Source: Antedon mediterranea (taxonomy: Eukaryota; Animalia; Echinodermata). Taken from it: a stretch of DNA of 64,000 nt. The DNA is taken from NCBI RefSeq assembly GCF_964355755.1, contig NC_092678.1, positions 22,523,365-22,587,364 of the forward strand, written 5' to 3'. Shown in pieces: positions 1 through 12,500 of this stretch. Both the position numbers and the translations under genes were made by a program. The notes beneath the pieces are model-generated. The model was not told where the DNA came from. It was given only the letters and a program-made list of their open reading frames with translations, and searched no databases. Positions within the stretch are counted from its first letter, which is position 1. Each line of letters opens with the position of its first letter.

Positions 1-206
1 GAGGGTCACTGAACTGACAAGTCACCTCACTTAAATAGTCATGTATGTTCTGTAATTAACACTTCTTGTAGATTAACACAATTTGGAAATAACTTGAACC
101 GATAGCTACAACTTAATCACTCTCTGTGTACCTGTATATAGTGTAAATAAAGTACCATTGAGAGAATATAACAACAGTCTGTGTCATTTATATAAAGAGT
201 GCTACA
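1..206 (+). mobile_element. Possible 3' part of an LTR
   Basis: AATAAA at ~146 then ends ...GTGCTACA, a typical LTR 3' layout; the 5' end is outside the window. Confidence 0.3.
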
Positions 207-439
207 TATATAATATAATAACCACCGAAAAGGGTACTTCAAGGAATATAAGCACTAAAATTTGTTCTGATCAATTTGAATGAGCATATTAAAATATAGT
301 ACTTTTGGGGGATTTTTTTTTCCAACCTCCCCTGAAACTCATTCAGAGTTAACACAAGTAAGTATTTTAAAATAATAATCAAACATTTATATACAGTACA
401 GTAGCATCAATTCCACAAAAAAATATCAAAGACCCATTG

Positions 440-560
440 TATCCAGAAGTTTTGACAAAAGGGGGTAGTTCGCTCCAAAGAGAGTATGCAGTAACAGAAA
501 AGGTGCGTCCACCGCACGCCTTAGTGTCTAAACAGGGAACAGATTTTTCACTTAATAAAC
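440..560 (-). mobile_element. L2-type LINE 3' fragment
   Basis: Minus-strand GGRTFSVTAYSLWSELP resembles the L2 ORF2 C-terminal G.RAFS..AP.LWN.LP motif. Confidence 0.55.
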
Positions 561-3020
561 ATACTGTAAAACAATGTATAATATTAATTAAAAAAATATT
601 ACTAATATGATTTGTGTATAACAATGTATAATATTAATTTTTAAAATATTACTATTATGAATTGTGTAAAACAATGTATAATATCACAGTGATTTGAAGT
701 GTACATCACTGTAGTAGATAATCAGTTTGCTATTTATTTAACCTAAAAGATTATTGACATAACCTTTTCTGTGAAAGTTTTTGTGTTGGTTGTCATCTTC
801 GTTGTTGTTTTACTCCCATCATCAAATCAAAGAACGAACTGTTCGCTACTTATTACGTAGCATTTGATATCGTTGCCGCTTCCTCTTAAGTAGAACTCGC
901 GGCTCTAGTTACTCGCCTCCCTCTAATTCGCTGCTCTTTAAAATTCCTAATAAACAGAAAACATTGAATAGTATGCTGTTTAAGTTTCTTAATATATGTA
1001 TGTTTTCAAGAGCTTCATTGTATTTGTATTGCTGACCATTAAATGCGTCATTAAAATATTTAAGCAAACTTTTTACTTTATGTTCTCGTCTCGGTTAGAA
1101 TGGATCTTCATTAAAATATCTTGACAAATTAAGAAAATATGACCTAAAATTAAATAATCATTTTAGGTATTTTTACAGTGACTGCAAAAATAGAAGAATA
1201 TTTAATTAACTTAAACAATATTTTCTTTTCTTATTTTTTTTTTTATATCTATATTTTTAATTTATACTAACAAATATCTTTTTATTAATATAATAATAGT
1301 AATATATCAAAAATTTATTAAATAATATTTATCGCATACAGTAATATGCAATCTACGATAATTTAATTAATTGATATAACAAATTTATTGAATACATAAC
1401 ATCATTTGAATAAAAAGAACAAATCACATATCTACACATAATCATAACATCGTATACTCTATCTCTAACAATTTATTCAATCTTCTATCGACTAAAGCCG
1501 AAGTATAGTCGTTATCTCGGGACCGTTCTATGGCCACCACCAGGTAGGCTTACTTCATCAAAGCTTCTATGAATGGATGTACTGGTTGGGAGCAGAAAAA
1601 CTAGTAGACCATACCCAGTACCGTTTTGATTACGATCAATCGGGAAATTACCTCACGACGTTATAGGAATGTATACTGAAAACAGTATTTGATAAAATTA
1701 TATTTGTATATTATATTTTAACATAACTACAGTATATAAATACAATAATTTAGCAACAGCATGTGTTCTTTTTTTTATCTCTTTTTCTGTTAAAGAGACT
1801 TATGATAGTTTTTTACTTCTAATTTCGATCACTAAATTTGTTCCATGTCTTTATAGGTTTAGTTGACTTTTGAAATGAACTGTTTCAAAATACTGTACAC
1901 TGAATTAATAATACTGTCTGTCAAAAATGTATCAAAAAAATAGTTTTCAAATTTAATTTTTACCGTCGTAAGGGGGAGAGAATGCCCAATGCCAAACCTC
2001 CGGTTTCCACCCCTGGAATGTGATATAAAGATGTACTGTCTTAGGATTATGTATTGTTAAATTTAACCAATTTAAAATACTGAAATTTAGTTGGTAATTT
2101 ATTTATTTTTTAAATTGAAACTAATTCTTTGAATCCAAAAAATATATTTGAAAATTATCGATAGTTCAAATTATTTACCATCATAAAAGTTGCCAAATTT
2201 AGGAAAATTATATTATGTTTATGTTTAAAATTTTACTACTGTAGAGGTGTCCTGCTTGGCCGTCAACCTTTGTGCAATTGTTGCTTTTTTTAAACAATGC
2301 TTTTATTAATACTCTCAAGCTGTTGATCATTATAAGGATCCTTGAATCATAAAAAGCCAATTTATTTTTAATTTGTAATTTAATTATTAATTATTTTGTC
2401 ATTTTTATTATCAAAATCAACTAAATTATTCTTGATTTAATGATTAATAAGTAAATTTCTATAAAATTTGTAATTTAATTATAAATTTTGTCATTTTTAT
2501 GAAAAAACGTGTTGTTTAGTTGGTAACCGACCACATTAGAATTGAGTAAATTATGTAATAGTGTTGAGATTATTTCAGCATAGCAAATGCCTTAGCTACA
2601 TTTTGTTGGAGAGTTGTGTTAGTATTTATTCAGGATGTCAGAAATTGATGAATGGACACATTAAGTACACATAGAACTTGCCAAGTGTTGCCTCTGCTAA
2701 ACAGTCATTATGCAAATGATTAAATATAATCTTCCATACTTTTTTGATATCTAATTTGCATATTTACCTGTCACTGTGTTTATTGAAATGACACTAATGA
2801 CCATCAGAAGTATTTATAATTAAATACGCAGAAAATATGTATTTAAAAATAATAATTTCAGTGATTATTTATAATATCACTGTCTTGGTATTATGTTCTT
2901 GATATGATATTTAATTTTCGTTCTGCATGATTGCACAATGACCATTAAAATTCATAAACACATAAATTATTCAAAACTCAAAAATTTGATCTTTTTATTT
3001 AAAGAACCAATAATAACTGA

Positions 3021-3431
3021 AGCTCTGTCTACAGTATAAAACTAGTTTGACAAAAAAAGTGTGATGTGCCCAAATATGGTAGTGATATGCCCACATATGG
3101 TAGTGATATGCTCAAATATGGTAGTGATATGCTCAAATATGGTAGTGATATGCTCAAATATGGTAGTGATATGTTCAAATATGGTAGTGATATGCTCAAA
3201 TATGGTAGTGATATGCTCAAATATGGTAGTGATATGCTCAAATATGGTAGTGATATGCTCAAATATGGTAGTGATATGCTCAAATATGGTAGTGATATGC
3301 TCAAATATGGTAGTGATATGCTCAAATATGGTAGTGATATGCTCAAATATGGTAGTGATATGACATTATCATGTCTACATGGGCACATAACATTTTTGTG
3401 TCACATAAAGTTTAATAGTGTAGACAGAGCT
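3021..3431 (+). mobile_element. Harbinger-family MITE with internal 21-bp tandem expansion
   Basis: TIRs AGCTCTGTCTACA...TGTAGACAGAGCT shared with the autonomous element; ~14 copies of ATATGGTAGTGATATGCTCAA. Confidence 0.9.
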
Positions 3432-3558
3432 TTATATCCTGAATTTGTTTTAAATGAAATTAAGCTTCTGATGGAGGGAGAAGAGTGATGTTTTTTGGCT
3501 TCATCATATTAATTTTCAAAATAATTTAAATTTTGTTCAGGTCAGAAGTTAAGGCAAT

Positions 3559-6500
3559 ATGGATGACGAGATAGATGGCCCGTTTAAGGCCACGGTGGAG
3601 GAGCTGAGGGAGTTAATGGAATTAAGACGAGGAGAGGCAATAACAGAAATAAAGAACCGGTACGGGGATGTGCAAGAACTTTGTTCAAGGTTAAAAACGT
3701 CACCTACACAAGGTACAGTTACCCCATTAGAAAAGGAAGAGGTATAGACCCTTAAACTAAGCGACCTTAGGATGTGAACTATGACCTCTGAGCTTTGAAC
3801 TTACTTACATTTGTGTTGAAAATAAATGTTTTATGCTTGATTGAATATTACATTTTGATGTAAAAAAAAAAAATCATAAAATATGATGAATACAGTAATT
3901 CAAAGAATTGAAATATTTGGGTTGCTCCATTATTTTGGAGATTACTTAAAATTTTGAAAACCTAAATAAACACAATTTTTTAATCGATTTTATTTCATTT
4001 ATTTGTAGGTTTAAGGGGATTAGCTGCTGATATGACCCGCAGAGTTACGACATACGGCAAGAACATAATTCCGCCGAAACCGCCAAAAACATTTCTGCGG
4101 CTAATGTGGGAAGCCATACAAGATGTAACGTTGATCATGTTAATAATAGCTGCTCTTATATCATTGGGACTTTCATTTATCCCTAAACAACGTAAGTGAA
4201 ACGCTATTGTGCTGGGTAATACTATAGGGAATTTTCGCAGGAACACGTAAACGTTAACTTCAACGCTATTTCCCAACATACAATGCACAAGCTTCACCTA
4301 CTTTGTAAACAATATTTTGGGGGGAGGGTTTAAATTCCACTATTGAAAGTAATGTGCCCTAGCTGACTGTCTCATGGGCAGGTAGGGGTGCTCCACTAAT
4401 AATTTTTCTTCCACTCTTTAATGTGGGAAAGGACTAATGTTGGTTTATTCGGGTATAGTTGCACTCACAGACAGGCAACACCATTTCTGGTTTATACTGT
4501 GTATAAAGATAAATACAAAACACTGTTTATGTTGAACATTTTATATTATCTATGTTAACACATTCCAATTATTACTAATATAAATTATTCTGATCGCAGC
4601 TTAGCAACATATTTGTAAGACGTTGAGCACGTTTCTCACTAATGTGTAAAAGTTGTTTCTGCATTCTCTCTTCATTTTCATTTAGCTAAATTGAATGAGT
4701 AGAGTAATTAGCATTGTGTGATGTTATATACAGTGGTTTAGTCAACTACATGTTATGGGTTTTAGCATGTACATTACCATCATTTAAATCTGTAACGTTT
4801 GCGCAACAATGATTATTATTATGTATTCTCCTCACAACTAACTTCTTTTTCAAACGTGAGGTTCAAAAAAGGTGTTTTCTCTGGGGGGAAAAATGGTTTA
4901 CCATATCCGATTCGTGATGTCCGTAATTACTGTCAGTATGTGACCATTCCAACAGACATGCTCTTTTCTCATTCCTATAACTTTTTCTACACTATCAAAC
5001 TTTATGTGACAAGAAAATGTGATGTGCCCATATATGGAAAAGTGATATACATAGATATGGTAGTGATATGACATCATGATGTCCATGTATGGGCACATGA
5101 CATTTTTTTGTCACATAAAGTTTGATTGTGTAGACAGACCTTAACAGCTCCATCTGGAACGGTTGAAACGAAGTTAGAAACCATTTTTTACATGCTATAT
5201 GCACGCATGTTTATATAGCGATCCTCCAGTAGTTCTGACATATAAAATTAATTAAATTTAAATCTGTTTTTTTTTTCTCCTTTTTTTTAGATAAGGAAGG
5301 GGGCGCTGAAAGTGAGGCGGAGTGGTTCGAAGGTGTTGCCATTCTGGTTGCCATTTTAATCGTTGTATTAGTAACCGCATTCAATGACTATTCCAAAGAG
5401 CGTCAGTTCCGTGGTTTGAAAGACAAGCTCGACCAGGAACATAAAATGTCGGTGATACGAGCCGGGGAAATCGTTCAAATCATCGTTGCCGATATAGTAG
5501 TCGGTGATATTGCCATCTGTAAATACGGTAAGATATGTCCCATGTTTATTTGTCTCGTAAAGGTTTTGTCTTATTTCTTAAGCTCTGTCTACACTATTAA
5601 ACTAGTTTAACAAAAAAAGTGCGATGTGCCCAAATATGGTGGTGATATGACATGTCCATATATGAGTACATCACATTTTTTTGTCACATAAAATGTTTAA
5701 TGCTTAATGCAGTAGATCTTAACAATAAAAATATTGTAGCATGGAGTAAGGGTCCATGTTTATATTCTGCAGTTACTATATATTACAGAGACTGCCTCAT
5801 TAAAATTACTCATATATTACTGCAGTAACTTCAGTAGAATAACTTTGAAATGACCCCTGTCAATTATCTTTTACTATAGCCGGGCTAATCACAGGATTTT
5901 TTTGTGCCACATTCCCATCTGGATATCTGGGACCTTGTTCAATGTAGTATGAAAGCAATATGTGTGTCACGCAGATAATATGCGTGTCACTCATATTGCC
6001 TGCGTGTCATATTACGGTGTTTCACATATATTTCGTGCATGGCACACGCCAGGCTGTGGTAAGGAATGTGTCGGTTGTAACAATCTCTATCTCATATTCA
6101 CAGTTTAAAGATGTATTGTCCTTTGAAACACAAAAAATGAAAAAAAAATTATTCTAAATTTAAATTGAACATATGAAAGTAATATTAAAGTTACTCACTT
6201 TAGGTCGAAAATTCGAGGCAAAAACAACAAGTTTACGTAATTAACAGGTAAATTAATTGATTACATTTCGTCTGGTAAAACGTCATGAGCGAAAGTAAAC
6301 AAAGATTTCAAACCATGAGTATGCATTATACATGATGCTAATTAGGATTGTTTACAACACGTCGCGGTTGAGAAGGTGTTTTCACACAGATCGCGAGGAA
6401 GTTTTATGATTATGCATACAGAGTAGTCAAATAAGCGCATTGCATTATGAGATGTGTTTTGATAGAAAACTTTGACTGGAAGTAAAAGTTATTTTTTGAA

Positions 6501-9500
6501 CCAAAAAACGTCTGTATTTCGGTTAAATTAATTGTTTTTCAACTAATTTTTGGTGAAAGTTAATAACGATATGATACTTCAAAATGACCCACTTTTTTCG
6601 AAAAAAAAAAAATATTTTTTTGAATTAGTCAAAGGGACAATACATCTTTAAAGGATACTGATATTGTACAGATAATGTTTCATTGATTGATTAAAAAATG
6701 TTTCAAATTTAAAGATTGAGTAAAATGGCATGATTATGCAATACGCTACAAATGTCACGGACAATTGTCAGATACACTAGTACGTCCAATGTTGACCTTA
6801 CGAGCAGACTACATCTCTTGAATTACTAATTGTATGAAGTCATATACTAAAGACTATGATTTGTAAATTCACTCAATGTAAAGGTCTTTCAAATCTGGCA
6901 GTTAGCTTCACAATATCGCTACTAACCGTGGCATTAAACGCCATAAAGCGCACAGGTTGCCAAGATTCATAGAGATAAGTAAGATTGTAACAGCCTCGAC
7001 GATGCAGTATCATGTACAATTAACGTAGACCTTGTATTCATGAAGCCATTTAAAGATTATCATGATTTTCTTCTTTCAATGTACCAACAACAGATGCACG
7101 GAAGTGATGTTTCCATGGAAACTGCTCTGGTTATTAATGCCGATTATTGTAATTACAAGCATATTGACAATTTCAATTCTAGTCAAATTTACATCTCACT
7201 TTATGAACAAAGAATTCAATTTTGTTAGATTTTCCTTTTTATCTTTTACAACCACAGCAGTTGTTTTTTTTTCTTACTTATCGTAATTATTGATTTTTAA
7301 AATCATAATTCATCCACTTTTCATTGATTACAATTATATGTATGAAAGATTTATAGATTTTTTGGTATTTTTAAAAGCTTTTTATTGTGTTATATAAGAT
7401 AGTTGATCATATGTTTGCCAATATCATATTTTTATTGTCCTGTCTATAAATAGTAATTATTAAAATAGATTTTTACTTAAAACTATCCAATAAAACATTA
7501 TTTCGACATTGATGACGTAGGCCTGTTGATTATTTTTTTATTCCATCTTCTTTTGGCATCATGGACTTCTTTAGTATACAGTATAGTAAAAACCATAAGG
7601 CTTCATAACATATCTGTTAAATGGTGTTTATTTTGGTATGCACTGTATTCTGCCAACTCTTTCTTTTAAACCAGGTTCCATTTCTTTTTTTAAAAAAGAG
7701 AGAAACCCACATTTATTTAATATACTTGAATGCCTTATTGATAAATGTAACTCTTTCGGGACCAGAAACTCTGGAAAAACAACCTCTACTACAAGTCTTG
7801 TAATATTTAGTTATTAGGAAACCTTGAGAACAGAATGGTACCAACATCTGAAAGTTCACACACATTGAAAAGACTAAAGATGACCAAAAGATATTTTAGG
7901 ACAGTGACTGGATGAATTTGATGCGCAAGATAGAATGAGCAACACGATTGATATTTGAATTTTTTATTACAGAAAGTTGTTTTCTACCAAATTTGATTAG
8001 CCTTTCATAGAATTTGTAAAATTGGAAAACATAAAATAGTTAATTTATTGTTCTATGAAAATCAAACCACTATCAAATGTCAGTCCGTCTAATATCTCAC
8101 ACAACCTGTTTACAATATGTTACTATGTTACAGCTATATTTAAATTTACTCAAAATAACTTGTAGATTCGGTATCAAGGTAATTAAGCAACACTTGCTAC
8201 CAATGAATGTGGTTTTGTTTTTCGCAGCTGACCACAGAAAATGGCCACAGAAAATGACCTTCTAAATTTGGTATGGTAATGATGGGTAATTACCATATGA
8301 ATGAAAGGTTGCGAGATTTCTATTTGCAGTATCATATTAAAACTTATATCATGTTTTATTAATAATATATTTTAAATCATTATAGTATAATTTGAAATAT
8401 TTAAAATTAAATATATAAATGACTGTATATTATAACATTTAATTACCTGTATATACATTGCATTATAGTTTAGTACTGTACAAGCATTTATACAATATTA
8501 ATATTTATTGAAATATGTAATTTCAGTTTTTGTTTCATTGTTGCGTAGAAACAAATTAAAGTTCTTATGAAACGTAATCTAGGGACTTAAATTGGTTGAA
8601 ATATTCGAAAATTTGGTGAACATTATAGACACAATCTTTTTTATAATTAGTATCCAGAATCATGGTCTAAATGTAATCCCAACGTACAAAAAAAAAGGAT
8701 TTTTCTGCTCGACACTTTTTTTCTTATAGGTATAAAAAATTCAGATAATAATACAGATATTAGCCCGTTGTTGTTCTGCCGATCAAATTAAACAGTTTAT
8801 TTTTTAAGTGACTTAGTTGGTTGACCCGTTAGTAAATGGTCGATAGTTCATTTTAGCACTTCATTTCGCAAGCAAATGAGACCTTGAGAGATAGTGTAAT
8901 TGTGATGAATGTAATGACCGTTGCATAATGGTCATAATTGTGACTTTAGGAATTTATTGAGATGGGAAAAACATCAACATACCCATGCCAATCAATTTCT
9001 ATATTCAATTTCCATGCACAGTCAACTCTCACAATACTGGACACCTTTGTGCTGGCCAAATATGTCTGGTTTTCTGGGAAGTCTGGTATTCAGGATGGCA
9101 TTTTTAATGGTATGAACGTTTTGCTTGTCGAATTTCCTTTATAGAAAAGTGGTATTCCTGGCAGGTATCTCAGCTAGAAGCTGTCAGACTTAAAACCATC
9201 CAGTTTAATAATGTTCCTACTTGTGTATTCTGTCTATGTTAGTTGCATAATGTAAAATTAATTGATTAAAGACACACTTAATTACTTTATGTAGTTAGCA
9301 ACCATTGCGTACGGCATTGCGTTATATGTCGTTAGGAATCCCCTGTGTAGAGACATCCCCTGCTTTATCAATTCATACAACAAGTTTCGTCGTCATTTAT
9401 CCACACTATACAACAATTCAAATTCACTCCCATACAAAACAGCATGCCCAATAAATTGCTGAGATAAGAAAGGTCGCAACCAATCGAGATTGAACATCTC

Positions 9501-12500
9501 AGGATGTTTCCATTTAATAGTTGATTGAAGGATGAATGTTTATTAAAAACATTCTCACATTATCAACGGTGAAAATAACATGTTACATAATAAATAAAAA
9601 TAGAAGTAATTATAGTGAATAAAGACTTAAGTGAATTACTGTTCTAGCTTACCAGAGTATTTATTGTTAATCTGAAACTTACCTGTTCAACTTTAATTAA
9701 CTTAAGGCACATTTTGCATGCCATATTTAATTATCTCTCTACCAATAATAGTGTACAGTCTGATATATAATTATTTTGTTGGTAATTGTATGTATGAAAA
9801 AAATCTGACTGCGAAATAACATACATACCAGTGTCTGCTATAACTAGACTTATGTGGTGGACTGTACCGGTAGATCACGTTTATCATCGTATCGTTGCGA
9901 GTCAAGATCCTTTTTCAAACTCTCGCGAGACTAAACCTTAATTGAAACAAAGCAATTCAGAACTCGTTTTATGTCACTGACTTTTTGTTCGAAGAAATCC
10001 AAAAGAGATTAAATATGTCGATTGAATAACCTCGTGTTATTAGTAGGAGGGTGAGGTTGATGTCTGTTTCACTGTCATCCACCAACATTATCACAGTTAC
10101 ATAGAAGATAATGAATTAAAACTTGCAGCAATTTGTCAAATAAGCGAGTCATTTTGAAAAGGTTATCATTTGACCTTGCATAAGTTCATTAAAGAAATCT
10201 TGCAATTTACAAGATACAGGACAGAGTGTAAAGACAATATCTTTTTAAAGTTTTAAACAGTATTGGAAAGAGGATTAGATAATTTTTAATCCGCTGTGTT
10301 GAAGTTTTTATGTGTTTGATCCAAAAAACGACTGGTAATAATGTGCAGCACATTGAGAGCTTGCTTATATGCGATATATAAGAATGAACTATTATTATTT
10401 TTAATAAAGAGGACATTTAACAAGATCTTATCACAGCAAAGATGTGAAGAAGACATCCAAATATGAAGTTTATAAGGAAAAAATTAGGTATTAAGGCCTG
10501 GACATTTTGAAGTTGTTGTACAGAAGCAACTCTGGCACGTGATGAAGCTGCAAGTTGACAACAATCACAGAGAAAAAATATCCAAATATAAAAGAATCAT
10601 CAGACATTTGTGCCAGACAAGGTCTTCTGAAGTGAGGACACTGCACAACAACATAAAGAGTGTAGCACATCAAAAAACATTTTTTTTAAATATTTTATTC
10701 AATTGAAACCAACAGCGATAATTGCCGCCACTAACAGGTTTGATACAAACAAAGCCAGGACTGTTTAAAGCACCCTGATTGGTCCCAACATTGATCAAGG
10801 GCTTCTCTCGTCCAGTGCCCACCTTGAGCAGAGTTCTGAGGCAGATACTAGATGCAGGGGCTGTCATAAGAGTCAGCAATGCTGATTTCAAATGCCTAAT
10901 GGGACCCAGCTCCATATACAGCACCGTTATTCAGCAGACAGACCTGTACCTTCTGACACCAGACATAGTTTGTGGAGAAGCAATGTTGGGTTGTGAAAAC
11001 TCTGCAAGTTAGCAAGAAAAAGTGGTGTGAAAATCGTGTGATGATAATTGTTCAGCTTTTGTAGCATAGCAGAGTCAGAGATCGATCTGACTACTTGGAA
11101 TATGCTGCAAGAAATAAATATGAGAGTTCATTGAATTTATTTACCTTTTATTTTTTTTACACAAGTAACTTGCGGTCAGAATATTTCATATCTTCTTTTT
11201 TAAAGGTCATTTATAAGCAATATGGATGCATTTTGATAAAAATTAATCATAAAAACATTAATTTATATCTGTATTCATCAAATGAATTTAAAGTTTAAAT
11301 AATGCAATATATTATTTAGTGTTGATATCAAATAGTATTAATGATTTTTTTTTTTATATTTTGTTATTTGTGATAAATGGGATTGAGTTTAATATTTATT
11401 TGCGTATTTGATGTACAGTAGAATCTCTATCTATAGTAAACACATAGTAAATAAATCGTAAAAAATATAAATTTTGATTTTTGTTATTGTTTCTTTTGCT
11501 TATCTGGACTCTTTAAGTAGATTTTGTGATGCACCTCGGTCAAGTTGTCCTTTAAGGGAATACCTACAGGACCCAACAAAATGTTCCTTAATTAGAGATT
11601 GGCTATAGTGTTAAGCTCTGTCTACATCATCAAAATTTATCAAAAAAGTATCAAATAAAATTTGATGAAACAATATCGTCAAAATACATCAATAATTTGA
11701 TGCACTTTGATGAAACGTAATTAACAAATCTGATTGGTTGGTATGACTTTTAGTGTTTTTTTATTGGTCAAAAGGTGTTTCATAATTTTAAACGTCTACA
11801 CTATCAAATTTTTTAATATCAAATTTAATCAAATAGTAGAAAGATGGAGCAGGAGAAGGTGGCTGCTGTGTGTCTCATTACTGGTATTATGTTAAAAAGA
11901 AAGAGAGAGAATGAAGAAAAGAAAAAAGAAAAGAGGATGTGGATTAAACCTTGGCTTGCGAGAAGAAATGAATTGGGAGCATGCGAGACACTAATGAGAG
12001 AGTTAAGAACGGAAGACAGAAAAGGGTTTGAGAATTATATACGAATGGATCACATACTATTTGATCACTTATTGAAACTTGTGGGGCCTACTATTAGTAG
12101 GAAGGACACAGTCTTTCGGGAAGCAATCCCAGCACACCATCGTTTAAGTGTAACTTTGAGGTTCCTGGCCACTGGTAAGTATTAATTTTATTATAAAATA
12201 GTAATAATGGCCAATCCTCTACTTCAGTTTAATCTGTTACCTGGCGTAGTTGCTTCATTGTATAACTTTTAGTACTTTACATTAATATTTTATTTCAGGA
12301 GAATCTTACACAAGCTTGGCCTATCAACATCGCATTTCTAAGCAGTCTATCAGCAAGTTGATACCTGAAGTATGCGAGGCAATATATGACAGCCTAAAAG
12401 ATGAGTACATGAAGGTAAGCCATCGCTTTCAAAAAAACTGTCAAACACATTAAAAAATATCTACTTTCTCAATACTGTATGATAAAGTCATCATGGTAGT

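Noticed and set aside
1460-1680. Possible hammerhead ribozyme in a SINE-like stretch
   Set aside because: Minus-strand TTGATGA lacks a CTGATGA...GAAA core and supporting helices.
3029-3488. Three overlapping repetitive ORFs
   Set aside because: Produced by the 21-bp repeat in a MITE.
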